Notes: generated by a model not told the origin, from the letters alone. Counted from the stretch's first letter, positions 19,460 through 29,265 are shown. The stretch: 64,000 nt of DNA from Candidatus Lustribacter sp. (GCA_965277805.1 OZ255842.1:4416001-4480000); one strand, 5' to 3'. Numbers and translations: made by a program.

Positions 19460-20418
19460 AATCCGTGTTCCGTCCCGTCTCCTGTTTGCTCGCCGTCGCC
19501 GTCGTTTTGGGCTTCGGACAACCGTCGCTTGGTCAACCGGCCTTGACGGTGGTGCATGTTGCGTCGAACATCAACGACGACGTCACGCCGCTGCTCTACG
19601 CACTGCACGCGCATCTGTTCGAGAAGGCCGGATTGCAAGTCGACATCGCGCCGATGAACAGCGGGTCGGCGGTGACTGCCGCGGTGATCGGCGGATCGAT
19701 CGATATCGGAAAATCGAGCATCCTGCCGCTGGTGAGCGCGCACTTCCGCAAGTTGCCGATTGCGGCCGTTGCGCCGGGCGAACTCTGGCTCCAGGATTCG
19801 CCGATCTCCGCGCTGGTCGTGAGCAAAAACGCCGGCATCAGCAACGTCAAAGACCTCGCCGGCAAGGTGATCGCGGTGCAAGCGTTGCGCGACTTCTCCG
19901 AGTTCGCGTTGCGCGATTGGGTTGACAGCATGGGTGGCGACTCTTCAGCCCTGAAGGTGATCGAGGTTCCGCAGTCGTCGATACTGACCGCCATCCAAGA
20001 CGGCCGCATCGCCGGCGCGAACATGAGCAATCCGGGCCTCGCGACCGTCCTCGCCTCGAACACCGCGAACATCATCGGCCGGCCCGACAATGCGATCGGG
20101 AAGCACTACCTCCTGACCGCCTGGTTTGCATCGACGTCGTACATCGCCGGGCATCCCGACGTCATTCGCAAGTTCGCCGAAGTGATGAGCCAGGCGTCGC
20201 GTTATACGAACACGCATCACGCCGAGACCGTCCCGATCACGGCCCCGTTTTGGGGCATAGATCCCAACGTTCTCGGCCACATGCCGCGCGCCGAGATCGG
20301 CGATCGCCTCGACGCCGCCGATCTGCAGCCGGTCGTGAATCTCGCCGCCAAGTATGGCATCATCGACAAGGCGTTCGACGCGCACGAACTGATCGCGAAC
20401 ACCGGCGCCGCGAAGTGA
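19456..20418 (+). CDS. NitT/TauT-type substrate-binding protein
   Basis: Signal peptide, NDDVTPLLYA, FEKAGL, KDLAGK, LQPVVNLAAKY. Confidence 0.9.
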   Translation: MKSVFRPVSCLLAVAVVLGFGQPSLGQPALTVVHVASNINDDVTPLLYALHAHLFEKAGLQVDIAPMNSGSAVTAAVIGGSIDIGKSSILPLVSAHFRKLPIAAVAPGELWLQDSPISALVVSKNAGISNVKDLAGKVIAVQALRDFSEFALRDWVDSMGGDSSALKVIEVPQSSILTAIQDGRIAGANMSNPGLATVLASNTANIIGRPDNAIGKHYLLTAWFASTSYIAGHPDVIRKFAEVMSQASRYTNTHHAETVPITAPFWGIDPNVLGHMPRAEIGDRLDAADLQPVVNLAAKYGIIDKAFDAHELIANTGAAK

Positions 20419-21398
20419 AGACGTTTTACGACGATTGGCTGAAGGCGCGCGAGCAGGTCGACGCAACCCTCGACGGCACGCCGCTGGTCGCGCGCGACCG
20501 CGACATCCCGTGGGTCGAAACCCCGCAGGACGCCAAGTGCAAGCTGATGGTCGCCAACGAGCTCGGTTTCGCCACGATGGGCAGCAACGTGCTCAAGGGC
20601 GAGATTCCAGTCGGCTGGCACACCGGCAAACATCGGCATGGGGAAGAGTCGATGCACATCCTCGAGGGCGAGGGATACAGCATCATTAATGGCCAGCGCT
20701 TCGATTGGCACAAGCACAGCACGCTGCAGATTCCGTTCTACGCCGAACATCAGCATTTCAACACTGGCTCGCTACCCGTGCTATATATCTCAGGCATGGT
20801 GTTCGATCTCGAACGCTACGTGCGGGTCGCGCGGCTCGAACAGCTCGAGACGCACGGACCGAACGGCGAACTCGAACCCGCGCCGGCGGAGCAATCGCAG
20901 TACTATCCCGACGGCAGCCGGGCGATCATCCACATCGAAGATGCCCCGGCTAACGACCCGTCATACTCGGCTCAGGGAAACATCGCCGCGGTCCAAAACC
21001 AGCACGACTTCATGCAGTACCTGGCGTTGCCGAAGAACGGCTTTCGCACGACCAGCGTGGCGATTACGCACCTCTGGATTGAGCCGGCGTTTCATCACAG
21101 CGGCCGGCACAAACATCTCGAAGCCGTGGTGTACGCGGTCGAAGGCCAAGGGTACACCGAGATGCAGGGGCGCGTCGTGCAGTGGGAAGCCGGCGACGTG
21201 CTCTACGTGCCGCCCGCGATGTGGGAACACGAACACACCAACGACAACCCGAACCCGATCAAGCAATTGCGCATCGCGTTCGGAATCCGCGCGTGGTTCA
21301 CCGAGGTGTGGCCCGAAGGGTTCACGAGTCAGCGCATTTACGACAAGACCGGAAAGCCGATCGAACACGGCGCGATCGAGCGCCACCGCGAACGCTGA
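20415..21398 (+). CDS. Bicupin protein, possible ring-cleaving dioxygenase
   Basis: Two cupin sites: GKHRHGEE..EGEG..EHQH and GRHKHLEA..EGQG..EHEH; GTGA overlap. Confidence 0.8.
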   Translation: MKTFYDDWLKAREQVDATLDGTPLVARDRDIPWVETPQDAKCKLMVANELGFATMGSNVLKGEIPVGWHTGKHRHGEESMHILEGEGYSIINGQRFDWHKHSTLQIPFYAEHQHFNTGSLPVLYISGMVFDLERYVRVARLEQLETHGPNGELEPAPAEQSQYYPDGSRAIIHIEDAPANDPSYSAQGNIAAVQNQHDFMQYLALPKNGFRTTSVAITHLWIEPAFHHSGRHKHLEAVVYAVEGQGYTEMQGRVVQWEAGDVLYVPPAMWEHEHTNDNPNPIKQLRIAFGIRAWFTEVWPEGFTSQRIYDKTGKPIEHGAIERHRER

Positions 21399-21401
21399 GG
21401 C

Positions 21402-22229
21402 TCAGCTGCGGCGGGTCGCCACTCGAACGTAGAACTGCACGACCGCGCCTTGTACGTCGCGGATGCTGCGCACCGTGCCCGCAGCGTGGCCGGCGCGGAC
21501 GCTGGCCAGCAGTTGCTCGGTGTGCGCCTGCGAGAAGTTTTGCTGTCGAGCGAGATTCGCGGCGATCGCGAGCAGCATGGCTTCCGCCGGATAGTCGATC
21601 CGGTACTCGAGGAAGCGGTCGCGAATGGCGTCGTCGACCAGGTCCGCGCGGTTCGTGGTGAGCACGACGATCGTTCGCCGCGTATCGAGCTCGTCGACCG
21701 CATGGAAGAACACGCTGTCTTGCGAGAAGTGCCATTCTTTCGCGGTCGTGCTGCCGCGCGTCATCAGGATCGACTCGACGTCGTCGAATAAGAGCACCGT
21801 GCGCTCATCCGCCGAGGCGAAGCCCGTGCGCGCGTGCGAGAAGATGTCGCGAATGCGCGCCTCGCTCTCGCCGTAACGCGAGCGCGCGATTTCCGCGCCG
21901 TCAACCAGCGCCAGCACGACCGGTGAGCCCGCATCGGTCCGCCGGGTTTTGCCGAGTTCGTACGCGAGCCGTTTGGCGAGCGTGGTCTTCCCAACTCCGG
22001 GCGGACCGCTCAGGAAAAAACCTTTGACGAGGCCATAGCGGACGTCGGAGGACCATTGGTGGTCGACGATGCGCGTGACCTCATCGATGATCGACCCTTC
22101 GGCACCGTCCACGAGCACGTGACGGCCACCGGCATCCATGCCGAGTTGCGCCGCGAGCTCATCGAAGCGGATGAGGTTGCTGCTCGCCAACGGCCCGTTA
22201 TGGTCGTCGTGAAAATGATGCGTGTTCAT
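21402..22229 (-). CDS. Stand-alone AAA+ ATPase
   Basis: Walker A GPPGVGKT, Walker B VLLFDD, sensor-1/SRH TTNRADLVDDAIRDRF. Confidence 0.88.
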   Translation of the reverse strand: MNTHHFHDDHNGPLASSNLIRFDELAAQLGMDAGGRHVLVDGAEGSIIDEVTRIVDHQWSSDVRYGLVKGFFLSGPPGVGKTTLAKRLAYELGKTRRTDAGSPVVLALVDGAEIARSRYGESEARIRDIFSHARTGFASADERTVLLFDDVESILMTRGSTTAKEWHFSQDSVFFHAVDELDTRRTIVVLTTNRADLVDDAIRDRFLEYRIDYPAEAMLLAIAANLARQQNFSQAHTEQLLASVRAGHAAGTVRSIRDVQGAVVQFYVRVATRRS

Positions 22230-22233
22230 GACG

Positions 22234-22998
22234 CTAGCGAATCGTTATCGTCGCCCGATATGGCTGCTCCGCCTGATCGGCGCCGTCGATCGTCAACCGG
22301 TACCGTCCGCTGTTCGGCAGCGTGACTGCCTGACCGGCCAGCAGATCGATGGGCTTGTCGGATGCCTCCGGCGTTAGCGAGTAGGTCAGCGCGGCCGGGC
22401 CACTGACGGTGAATCGCTGTCCGGCGGCGGCAGCAAAGGTATACTGATCGTACCAGCCCGCCGATACGCGGCCGCGGATGACCGCCGACGATGTGCCCGG
22501 CGCAAAGCGCAGCGGAATGGTGTCCGGCTTGCTTTCGCCCGTGTCGCCGCGCACGCGCTGCGTGTCGACCGCAACGTATTTCCCGTGCCGGTAGGCGTCG
22601 GTCGTCGCGATGGAAACCAGGGCGCTGTCATGCGCGCTCTCGTGGAGGTCCGGCAGCGGCTGCTCGTTACCTGACGGCGTGACCGAGTAGGCATACGTAT
22701 GCAAGAGCACGCTGCTCCGAGCGCCATCGAGCCGGAGAACGACATACGGACAATTCACGTTCCCGCAAATACACGAACCGGAAGCGAAGGCCAAAACCAC
22801 GCGTGCGTGGCCGGCATGTCCGAGCGTTTTGATATCGGCCTTCTGCACGATCGAGCGCAGGTCGGCGGACGAACAACCCGATCCGTCGCCGTCGAGCGCG
22901 TGCGCGAGCGCGACCTGCGTCGCCGCATCCGGCTGCGCACCGGCCGGGCGCGCGAGTAACGACGCAAGCGCGACCGCGGCAATGACCCACCGATTCAT
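22234..22998 (-). CDS. Secreted protein with C-terminal PliG/PPC-like beta domain
   Basis: Signal peptide; CICGNVNC; LRFAPGTSSAVIRG..YDQYTFAAAAGQ. Confidence 0.65.
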   Translation of the reverse strand: MNRWVIAAVALASLLARPAGAQPDAATQVALAHALDGDGSGCSSADLRSIVQKADIKTLGHAGHARVVLAFASGSCICGNVNCPYVVLRLDGARSSVLLHTYAYSVTPSGNEQPLPDLHESAHDSALVSIATTDAYRHGKYVAVDTQRVRGDTGESKPDTIPLRFAPGTSSAVIRGRVSAGWYDQYTFAAAAGQRFTVSGPAALTYSLTPEASDKPIDLLAGQAVTLPNSGRYRLTIDGADQAEQPYRATITIR

Positions 22999-24377
22999 CG
23001 GTGCAGAAGCATGGGGCGCTTTTCGGCGAGCGCGGCCGTTTTGGCATACAGTTCCACGATCGTGTCGCGGTCCGGACAGTACCGGTCGGCATCGTCGTCG
23101 ATGTAGAGCCAGCCGCCCTTCGAGCGTTTATGATAGTTGCCGCGATAGCTCACGGTCTTGGTATCGCCGATCGGCGGCGCGTCGTCTTCGGAGCCCGGGA
23201 TCTGCAGCTCCAGCCGGTGGTTCTCTGCCGGATCGCGGAAGACGTTCATCGGCTCGCCGCCGTTGCGCACGATTTCGATTTGCTCGGCCAATAGCTTGCG
23301 ATATGCGATGACGCAGGTATCGCTCTGGCCCAAGTGCTCCTGCGTGCGATCGGTGATCGTGCCTTGCTCGTACCAGGCGACCATGTCTTGGCCGAGTACG
23401 TAATCGATCAAATAGTTGCCCTTGGCGTCTTTCAGCGGGACTTCCGCATATGGGACGCTGTCTTGTTTCGGCACGCCGACTTCGGGTGGAAAATCGTAGT
23501 AGAAGTACTGCATGTGCCAGGTCGACGTATCGTCGACCGGCACGCCGAGCTGATAGGAATTGCGCAAACCGGTTGAGCCGGGACCGAAACCGAGCAAATA
23601 CGGAAAGAGAATCGGGTTGACACCGATCGTCCACGCGCGCACGTCTTCGGATTCGTTCGACGAAAGGCGCCCTTTGGTAAAGCCGAAGCGATTGTAGATC
23701 GGCTTGTACTTCACCCACGTGCCCTCTTCGAGCGCGGCGGCTTGCGCGCTCATTGCTTTGTTGTAGCGCGCGTCGGGGTCGTCGGTGAGGCGCCCCTGGC
23801 GTTCGAGCGCGTACTGTGCCAAACGTCCATGCAAGTATGTCGCGTGTCCGAGGTCGCCGCGATTCTCCATCACTTGCAGCCAGTTGCACGGTAAGCGGTG
23901 CGCGACGATTTGGCGAAAACCGCCGGGCTTCACGAACAGGTCCCACTGCGGCAAGAGCGGCGCGGGCAACGGCCCGAGATAACCCCAGATCAGACCGCCC
24001 ATCGCTTGCACGGGATATCCGGCGATCTTCACGCGCTCTTTGAACGTGCTCGCCGGCGGCTCCAACGGTTGTTCGACGCAGCGGCCCTCGCCGTCGAAGA
24101 GCCAGCCGTGATAGCAGCACCGCAACCCGTGTTCTTCGGGGATGCCGGCGGCGAGGCTCGTCAGACGGTGCGGACAGCGCTGACCGATGAGCCCGAGGTC
24201 CCCGCTGCGATCGCGATAGAGCACGAGGTCTTCGCCGAGAATGCGCACTGTTGCGACCGGATTTTCGGCCAGCAATGCCTCGGGATACACCGGATGCCAG
24301 TAGCGGCGCAGCAGTTCGCCGCCGGGTGTCCCGGCGCCGACGCGCGTGAGCGTTTCGTTCTCAGCTTGGGTCAGCAT
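22995..24377 (-). CDS. Rieske non-heme iron oxygenase (phthalate 4,5-dioxygenase/LigX type)
   Basis: MLTQAENE.LTRVG..TP.GELLRRYW, CPH..CCYHGW, DLGHATYLH, GQD. Confidence 0.93.
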   Translation of the reverse strand: MLTQAENETLTRVGAGTPGGELLRRYWHPVYPEALLAENPVATVRILGEDLVLYRDRSGDLGLIGQRCPHRLTSLAAGIPEEHGLRCCYHGWLFDGEGRCVEQPLEPPASTFKERVKIAGYPVQAMGGLIWGYLGPLPAPLLPQWDLFVKPGGFRQIVAHRLPCNWLQVMENRGDLGHATYLHGRLAQYALERQGRLTDDPDARYNKAMSAQAAALEEGTWVKYKPIYNRFGFTKGRLSSNESEDVRAWTIGVNPILFPYLLGFGPGSTGLRNSYQLGVPVDDTSTWHMQYFYYDFPPEVGVPKQDSVPYAEVPLKDAKGNYLIDYVLGQDMVAWYEQGTITDRTQEHLGQSDTCVIAYRKLLAEQIEIVRNGGEPMNVFRDPAENHRLELQIPGSEDDAPPIGDTKTVSYRGNYHKRSKGGWLYIDDDADRYCPDRDTIVELYAKTAALAEKRPMLLHR

Positions 24378-24416
24378 GGCTGCAGGATACATCCCCTCCG
24401 CGTGGCACGGGTTCCT

Positions 24417-25607
24417 ATGCCCATTCGCCGGTTCGCGCGCTTTGCGGTAACGTGTCTCATGCTTGGCGCGCTGACGAGCACGCGCGGCGGGGCTGACCCC
24501 GGGCCGATCCGCATCGGCGTGATCTACGCCTATTCGAGTAACGCGAATAGCCCGCTCGGCCCGCGTTTCGACGCCGCCGTCGGGGCGTGGTTCAAGGAGC
24601 ACGGCGATACGATGGGCGGCCGCAAAGTCGAGATCATCCGCCGCGATGAAGGCGGGGTGAATCCCGAGAATGCGAAGCGCCTCGCGCAAGAACTCGTCGT
24701 ACAGCAGCACGTCGATCTGCTCGCCGGCCTGATCTTCACACCCAATGCGGTCGCCGTCGGCGAAATCTCGACGCAGTCGAAAACGCCGCTGATGATTCAA
24801 AACGCGACGACCTCGGGCATCCTCGCGCCCAACCCGTACGCGATGCGCGACAGCTATACGACCGCTCAAATCACCGCGCCCCTCGCGCTGTGGGCGCGCA
24901 AGCACGGAGCGAAAACGGCCTACGTGCTCTACCAAGACTACGGTCCGGGCATCGACGCCGGAACGACCTTCGAGAAAACGTTCACCGCGCAGGGCGGCAA
25001 GGTCGTCGGCGAGATCCGCATTCCGATCAACGCGCTGGAGTTCACGCCCTACATCCAGCACGTCAAGGAGCAGAAGCCCGACGTCACCTACGTGTTCCTC
25101 AACTCATCGGGCGGCGCGCCGCCGTTTTTGCGCGAGTGGGCCAACGCGGGCCTACCGAAAATGGGCGTGCAACTTCTCGTGCACGGCTCGATGGTGGAAG
25201 AGGACGAGCTGCAGTCACTGGGCGATCCGGCGATCGGCGTGATCAGCTCGATGAACTACACGCCTTCGCACGATTCGAAGCTCAACAAGCAATTCGTCAC
25301 GGACTATCTCGCCGCGTTCGGCCGTAACGGTAACCTCCCGGCCGCAACGGAAGTCGCCGCTTACGATGCGATGAGCTTGATCAATCGCGCCGTTCTCGCC
25401 CAAAAAGGCGATCTCACTGCCGACGGGACGCTCGCCGCGATCAAGGGTGTGCGCTTCGAAAGCCCGCGCGGCCCCGTACTGATTGACTCGCAAACTCGCG
25501 ACGTGGTGCAGAACGTGTACATCCGTCGCGTCGAACGCAAAGGCACGCTCTACGTCAATACGGAGATCGAAACGATTCCTATGGTACGCGATCCGTTCGA
25601 GAACTAA
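24417..25607 (+). CDS. Branched-chain/aromatic-acid type ABC substrate-binding protein
   Basis: GRKVEIIRRD, AKRLAQELV, FTPNA, DYGPGID, FESPRGP, TRDVVQNVY. Confidence 0.9.
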   Translation: MPIRRFARFAVTCLMLGALTSTRGGADPGPIRIGVIYAYSSNANSPLGPRFDAAVGAWFKEHGDTMGGRKVEIIRRDEGGVNPENAKRLAQELVVQQHVDLLAGLIFTPNAVAVGEISTQSKTPLMIQNATTSGILAPNPYAMRDSYTTAQITAPLALWARKHGAKTAYVLYQDYGPGIDAGTTFEKTFTAQGGKVVGEIRIPINALEFTPYIQHVKEQKPDVTYVFLNSSGGAPPFLREWANAGLPKMGVQLLVHGSMVEEDELQSLGDPAIGVISSMNYTPSHDSKLNKQFVTDYLAAFGRNGNLPAATEVAAYDAMSLINRAVLAQKGDLTADGTLAAIKGVRFESPRGPVLIDSQTRDVVQNVYIRRVERKGTLYVNTEIETIPMVRDPFEN

Positions 25608-25637
25608 AAATCGTCATTCGCTGCTTCGGTAAAGACA

Positions 25638-26237
25638 CTATTGGCCGCCGTTGCGGCTCGTGCCGTCGAGGATATGATCGATAATTCCGTAATCCCGCGC
25701 CTCGCCGGCGGTCAAATAGAAGTCGCGCTCGAGGTCGCGTAAGATGTCTTCGATCGGCTTGTGGGTCGTGCGTTCGTAAATCTGTGCGATGATGCGCCGC
25801 GTGCTGATGAGTTCGCGCGCGGTGATCTCGATATCCGTCGCCTGACCGCCCGTCTGTCCGATCGAGGGCTGATGGATCATGATCTTGCTATACGGCAATG
25901 CCATGCGTTTGCCGGGCGCGCCGCCGGTGAGGAGCACCGATGCCGCCGATGCCGCAAAACCGGCGCAGATCGTTGCGACCGGCGGCTTGACCAACTGCAT
26001 AGTGTCGTACATCGCTAAGGCGGCGCTGACACTTCCTCCGGGGCTGTTGATGTAGAGGTCGATTTCGCGGTCGGGGTCTTCGCGTTCGAGAAACAGCAAC
26101 TGCGCCACGACGAGATTCGCCATGTCGTCGTCGACGACGCCCGTGGCGAAAACGATACGGTCTTGCAGTAGCCGGGAGTAGATGTCGTAGGAGCGTTCAC
26201 CGCGGGCGGTTTGCTCAACGACGATAGGTACGAGCAT
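25638..26237 (-). CDS. clpP: ATP-dependent Clp protease proteolytic subunit
   Basis: [25 protein letters not shown] (Ser), MIHQP (His), ERD (Asp). Confidence 0.95.
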   Translation of the reverse strand: MLVPIVVEQTARGERSYDIYSRLLQDRIVFATGVVDDDMANLVVAQLLFLEREDPDREIDLYINSPGGSVSAALAMYDTMQLVKPPVATICAGFAASAASVLLTGGAPGKRMALPYSKIMIHQPSIGQTGGQATDIEITARELISTRRIIAQIYERTTHKPIEDILRDLERDFYLTAGEARDYGIIDHILDGTSRNGGQ

Positions 26238-26243
26238 GCGCGG

Positions 26244-26249
26244 AGTATA
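26244..26249 (-). promoter_or_regulatory. -10 box of a probable leaderless clpP transcript
   Basis: TATACT 6 nt upstream of the ATG; no Shine-Dalgarno. Confidence 0.55.
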
Positions 26250-26340
26250 GCGCCGCGCCGGCGGAAAGACAGCAGGGCGTGGCTCAAAAGCGGCCACCCT
26301 TGCGCAGGCATCGACGCCGGGCACGCGCGAAGACCCGTTC

Positions 26341-26541
26341 ATGAACACGTTGACGGAAGCCCAGCGGGAACGCGTTCTGGGCATGTTGCGCGAAGGTAAG
26401 AGTCTGCGTCGCATCGAGCACGAGACCGGACACCGTCGCGAGACGATTGCCGCCTATGGCCGGCAGGCCGGCCTGCTCCAAGAGCGCGTTACCAAGCTCG
26501 ACCTTCCTACCGGGCCGAAGGCAATGCTCCGCGCGGCCTAG
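26341..26541 (+). CDS. 66-aa HTH protein resembling the IS21 IstA N-terminus (possible transposase remnant)
   Basis: [22 protein letters not shown]; no DDE domain, no istB, no terminal repeats seen. Confidence 0.55.
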   Translation: MNTLTEAQRERVLGMLREGKSLRRIEHETGHRRETIAAYGRQAGLLQERVTKLDLPTGPKAMLRAA

Positions 26542-27566
26542 GCGCGTTTCTTCATCATCGCGATCGCGTTGTCGTGATAGACGCCCGCGAGCTCGCGCGG
26601 GTTAAAGATGCCGCCTTCGGCGAGCATCTGTTGCGTCCACGCGGGCCCTCGAAACGGGTAGTCCGTTCCGAAGAGAATCTGCGAGGTCGGCACCATCGCC
26701 CGCAGCGCGAACATCGCGCCCTTGCTCGGCACTTGCGCGGTATCGTAGAAGCACTTCTGCGCTTCGGCTAAGAAGCCGTTGGGTACGCGCGATTTCATGC
26801 CTTCGTTACCGGTGTTGATGAAGCGCTGCACGAGGAACGGCGTCGTGCCGCCGGCGTGCGACCAGATGAGCTTGATGTTCGGATAGCGCTGCGTGCCGCC
26901 GTTGAAGATATACTCCACGATGGCGCGCGTCGTGTCGGTACCGTACTCGATCTGCGCTCCCGGCAGCCACGGCTGTACGTTGCCGCAGCACGGCGCGGTC
27001 GTCGGGTGCACGAACACGACGGCGCTGCGGCGGTTCAGCTCGGCGAAAAGCGGATCGAAGACCGCATTGCCGAGATACTTCTCGCCATAGCTCGTGAAGA
27101 GACCAACGCCGTCGGTCTTCAACGTGTCGTAGGCGTATGCGATCTCGGCGAGCGAGTCGGCAATGTTGGGCATCGGCAGCATTGCGAACATGCCGAAGCG
27201 GCCGGGATGCGCAACGCGCAGCGCAGCCATGTACTCATTGCTCGAGCGCGTGATGGTGCGGGCATTCGCCGGATCGTCAAAGCGATGACCGGGCATGCCG
27301 ACCGACGTGTAAGCGGTCGTGACGCCAGCTTGATCCATCTCCGTGAGCGCCTTCTCGACGCTCCAGCCTTTGAAGGCCCGGATCTCGTCGGGCGTGCTGT
27401 CGCCCTCGAGCCAGTGGGTCGGCGCGACGTGATGATGCACGTCGATCACGTTGCGCGCCGGTTGCGCGGCCAACGTCGCCGATAGGCCGGCTGAGGCCAG
27501 GACCGATGCGCCACCCGCCGTCGCGAACTGCGCCAGCAGACGGCGCCGCGTCAGTGTGTCGATCAC
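26538..27566 (-). CDS. Amidohydrolase_2 (aromatic acid decarboxylase-like) with Tat signal
   Basis: TRRRLL, IDVHHH, VFVHP, DTTRA, SHAGGT, LFGTDYP. Confidence 0.9.
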   Translation of the reverse strand: MIDTLTRRRLLAQFATAGGASVLASAGLSATLAAQPARNVIDVHHHVAPTHWLEGDSTPDEIRAFKGWSVEKALTEMDQAGVTTAYTSVGMPGHRFDDPANARTITRSSNEYMAALRVAHPGRFGMFAMLPMPNIADSLAEIAYAYDTLKTDGVGLFTSYGEKYLGNAVFDPLFAELNRRSAVVFVHPTTAPCCGNVQPWLPGAQIEYGTDTTRAIVEYIFNGGTQRYPNIKLIWSHAGGTTPFLVQRFINTGNEGMKSRVPNGFLAEAQKCFYDTAQVPSKGAMFALRAMVPTSQILFGTDYPFRGPAWTQQMLAEGGIFNPRELAGVYHDNAIAMMKKRA

Positions 27567-27612
27567 GTGAAGTAGATGCGTTCCGCCGGCGGGGCGACCC
27601 TTTCTGCGACGG

Positions 27613-28227
27613 TTAGGGTGCGTCGCCCTTGATCAAACGCACGTGACCATCGATGCGGTACTCTTCGCGGAAGCCGTGACGAAGATAGAATCGCAACGCC
27701 GCAGCCCGCTCTGCAAGCGCCCAAACGAAATAGGGTTGATCGAGCAACATCTCGCGCTCCATGGCCACGAGGAGCGCCGAACCGATACCGCAGCCGCGCC
27801 CATCGGCAGCGACGGCGAGGTAGCGTAGTTCGTGACCCGCACTGGGCGACGCTCGTTCCCGGCGCGACGAGCGGCGCGGAAGCCGGAGATAAGCCCCGCG
27901 ATAGGTGTCGCTCCGGCTGAGCGCGTGCAGCGCGAGCGGGATCACGTTACCGTGAATGAACGCTTGCCGGGCCCGATCGAGCTGTTCGTGCCGGCCGCCG
28001 ATTGCGAATCCGAGCACGCGACCCGTTTTTAAGTCGGCCGCGACCAGCGTAAGGCACAGCTGAGCGTGCAGCGCGATGAACTTCTGCTGCAGCTTCATCG
28101 ACATCGACGAAACAGCGTGTGCGGTGAACGCTTCGGCAAAGAGACACGCGATTGGCCGCAGATCGTTCTGCGTCGCCAACCGAAGACCAAACGGCGTCTC
28201 GGAGTCCGGTACCTCCACCTCGATCAT
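27613..28227 (-). CDS. GNAT family acetyltransferase
   Basis: ELRYLAV..GRGCGIGSALL, ALRFYLRHGF. Confidence 0.8.
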   Translation of the reverse strand: MIEVEVPDSETPFGLRLATQNDLRPIACLFAEAFTAHAVSSMSMKLQQKFIALHAQLCLTLVAADLKTGRVLGFAIGGRHEQLDRARQAFIHGNVIPLALHALSRSDTYRGAYLRLPRRSSRRERASPSAGHELRYLAVAADGRGCGIGSALLVAMEREMLLDQPYFVWALAERAAALRFYLRHGFREEYRIDGHVRLIKGDAP

Positions 28228-28329
28228 GGGTCCGTCCTCCGCATCCCAGCGTTTGCTTGGAGACGATATTCCCGTCCCGGACCAGCGTAAACCGCCGGTC
28301 TGGTTACCAGCTGAGCGCGGAGCTTGACG

Positions 28330-29265
28330 CTAGCTCGGCGAGCCCTTCCAGAAGAGCGTCGATGCGACGACCGGCTTGTCGAGGAGGCCGTAACGGTAGG
28401 AGACGTCGAGGAGCGGCTGCGCGAGCGTTGGGTCGAGCGAGGTCGAGTAGAGATTACGGGCCATCGCCTTGACGCGATCGTAGGGGATTTGGGTCAGGCG
28501 GGCTTCGATCTGCGCGCTGTCGGTTTGATGCGCGTTGGCCCACCGCGCGCTCTGATAGGTCACGTCGATGAACTTGCGTGCGATCGCCGCATTTTTATCG
28601 GCCCAGTCGCCGCGCGCTACCCAGATCCCGGTGTAAAACTGATCGGCGATCGCGCCGTATGGGTAGCCCAACGTGCGAATCATACCTTTCCCTTCGCTCA
28701 GGAACGGTTCGCCGCTCAGCGCTGCGGCAACCGTTCCGCGCTGCACGGCGGCGTTTGCCGCAGGGAGCGGTATCTCGATCAACTTGACGGCGCTCGCATC
28801 GACGCCGCTTTTCCGCAGCCACTCCTGAACCGCGATGCTCGGCCCCGAGTTGAGCGACGGAACGCCGACGACTTTCCCAAGTAGATCGGCTGCACTGCGC
28901 AAAGGGCTGTCGACCGACGTGATGAGCGCGATCGTCGGCACTTTCGCTTCATAGTGCGCGCCGGCGGCGACGACGACGACATCGAGCCCGCGGTTGCGCG
29001 CGTTCGCAATCGGAACGAGGTCGCTGTTGGCAAATTCGAGCGAATTACCGATCAGCGCCGCGAGCGATGCCTGTGTGGAGAGCGACTGGATCTCCGCCTG
29101 CAGGCCGGCCTTCGCGAACATCCCCTGATCTTGCGCGTAATACGGCTCCAGGAACGGATCGATCAGAAACGCGCCGACCCGCACCGTCGGCGGGGACTGC
29201 GCGGACGCAACAGCCGGCGCGAGAAGCGATGCGGCGATCCCGCCCAAGACCGAGCGACGTCTCAT
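28330..29265 (-). CDS. NitT/TauT-type substrate-binding protein with Tat-like signal
   Basis: MRRRSVLGG, GMFAKAGL, SPLRSAADLLGK, SARWANAH. Confidence 0.9.
   Translation of the reverse strand: MRRRSVLGGIAASLLAPAVASAQSPPTVRVGAFLIDPFLEPYYAQDQGMFAKAGLQAEIQSLSTQASLAALIGNSLEFANSDLVPIANARNRGLDVVVVAAGAHYEAKVPTIALITSVDSPLRSAADLLGKVVGVPSLNSGPSIAVQEWLRKSGVDASAVKLIEIPLPAANAAVQRGTVAAALSGEPFLSEGKGMIRTLGYPYGAIADQFYTGIWVARGDWADKNAAIARKFIDVTYQSARWANAHQTDSAQIEARLTQIPYDRVKAMARNLYSTSLDPTLAQPLLDVSYRYGLLDKPVVASTLFWKGSPS

Noticed and set aside
22995-25607. Long overlapping 688-aa and 569-aa ORFs in the track
   Set aside because: The N-terminal extensions are antisense shadows of the divergent gene; family N-termini begin at 24377 and 24417
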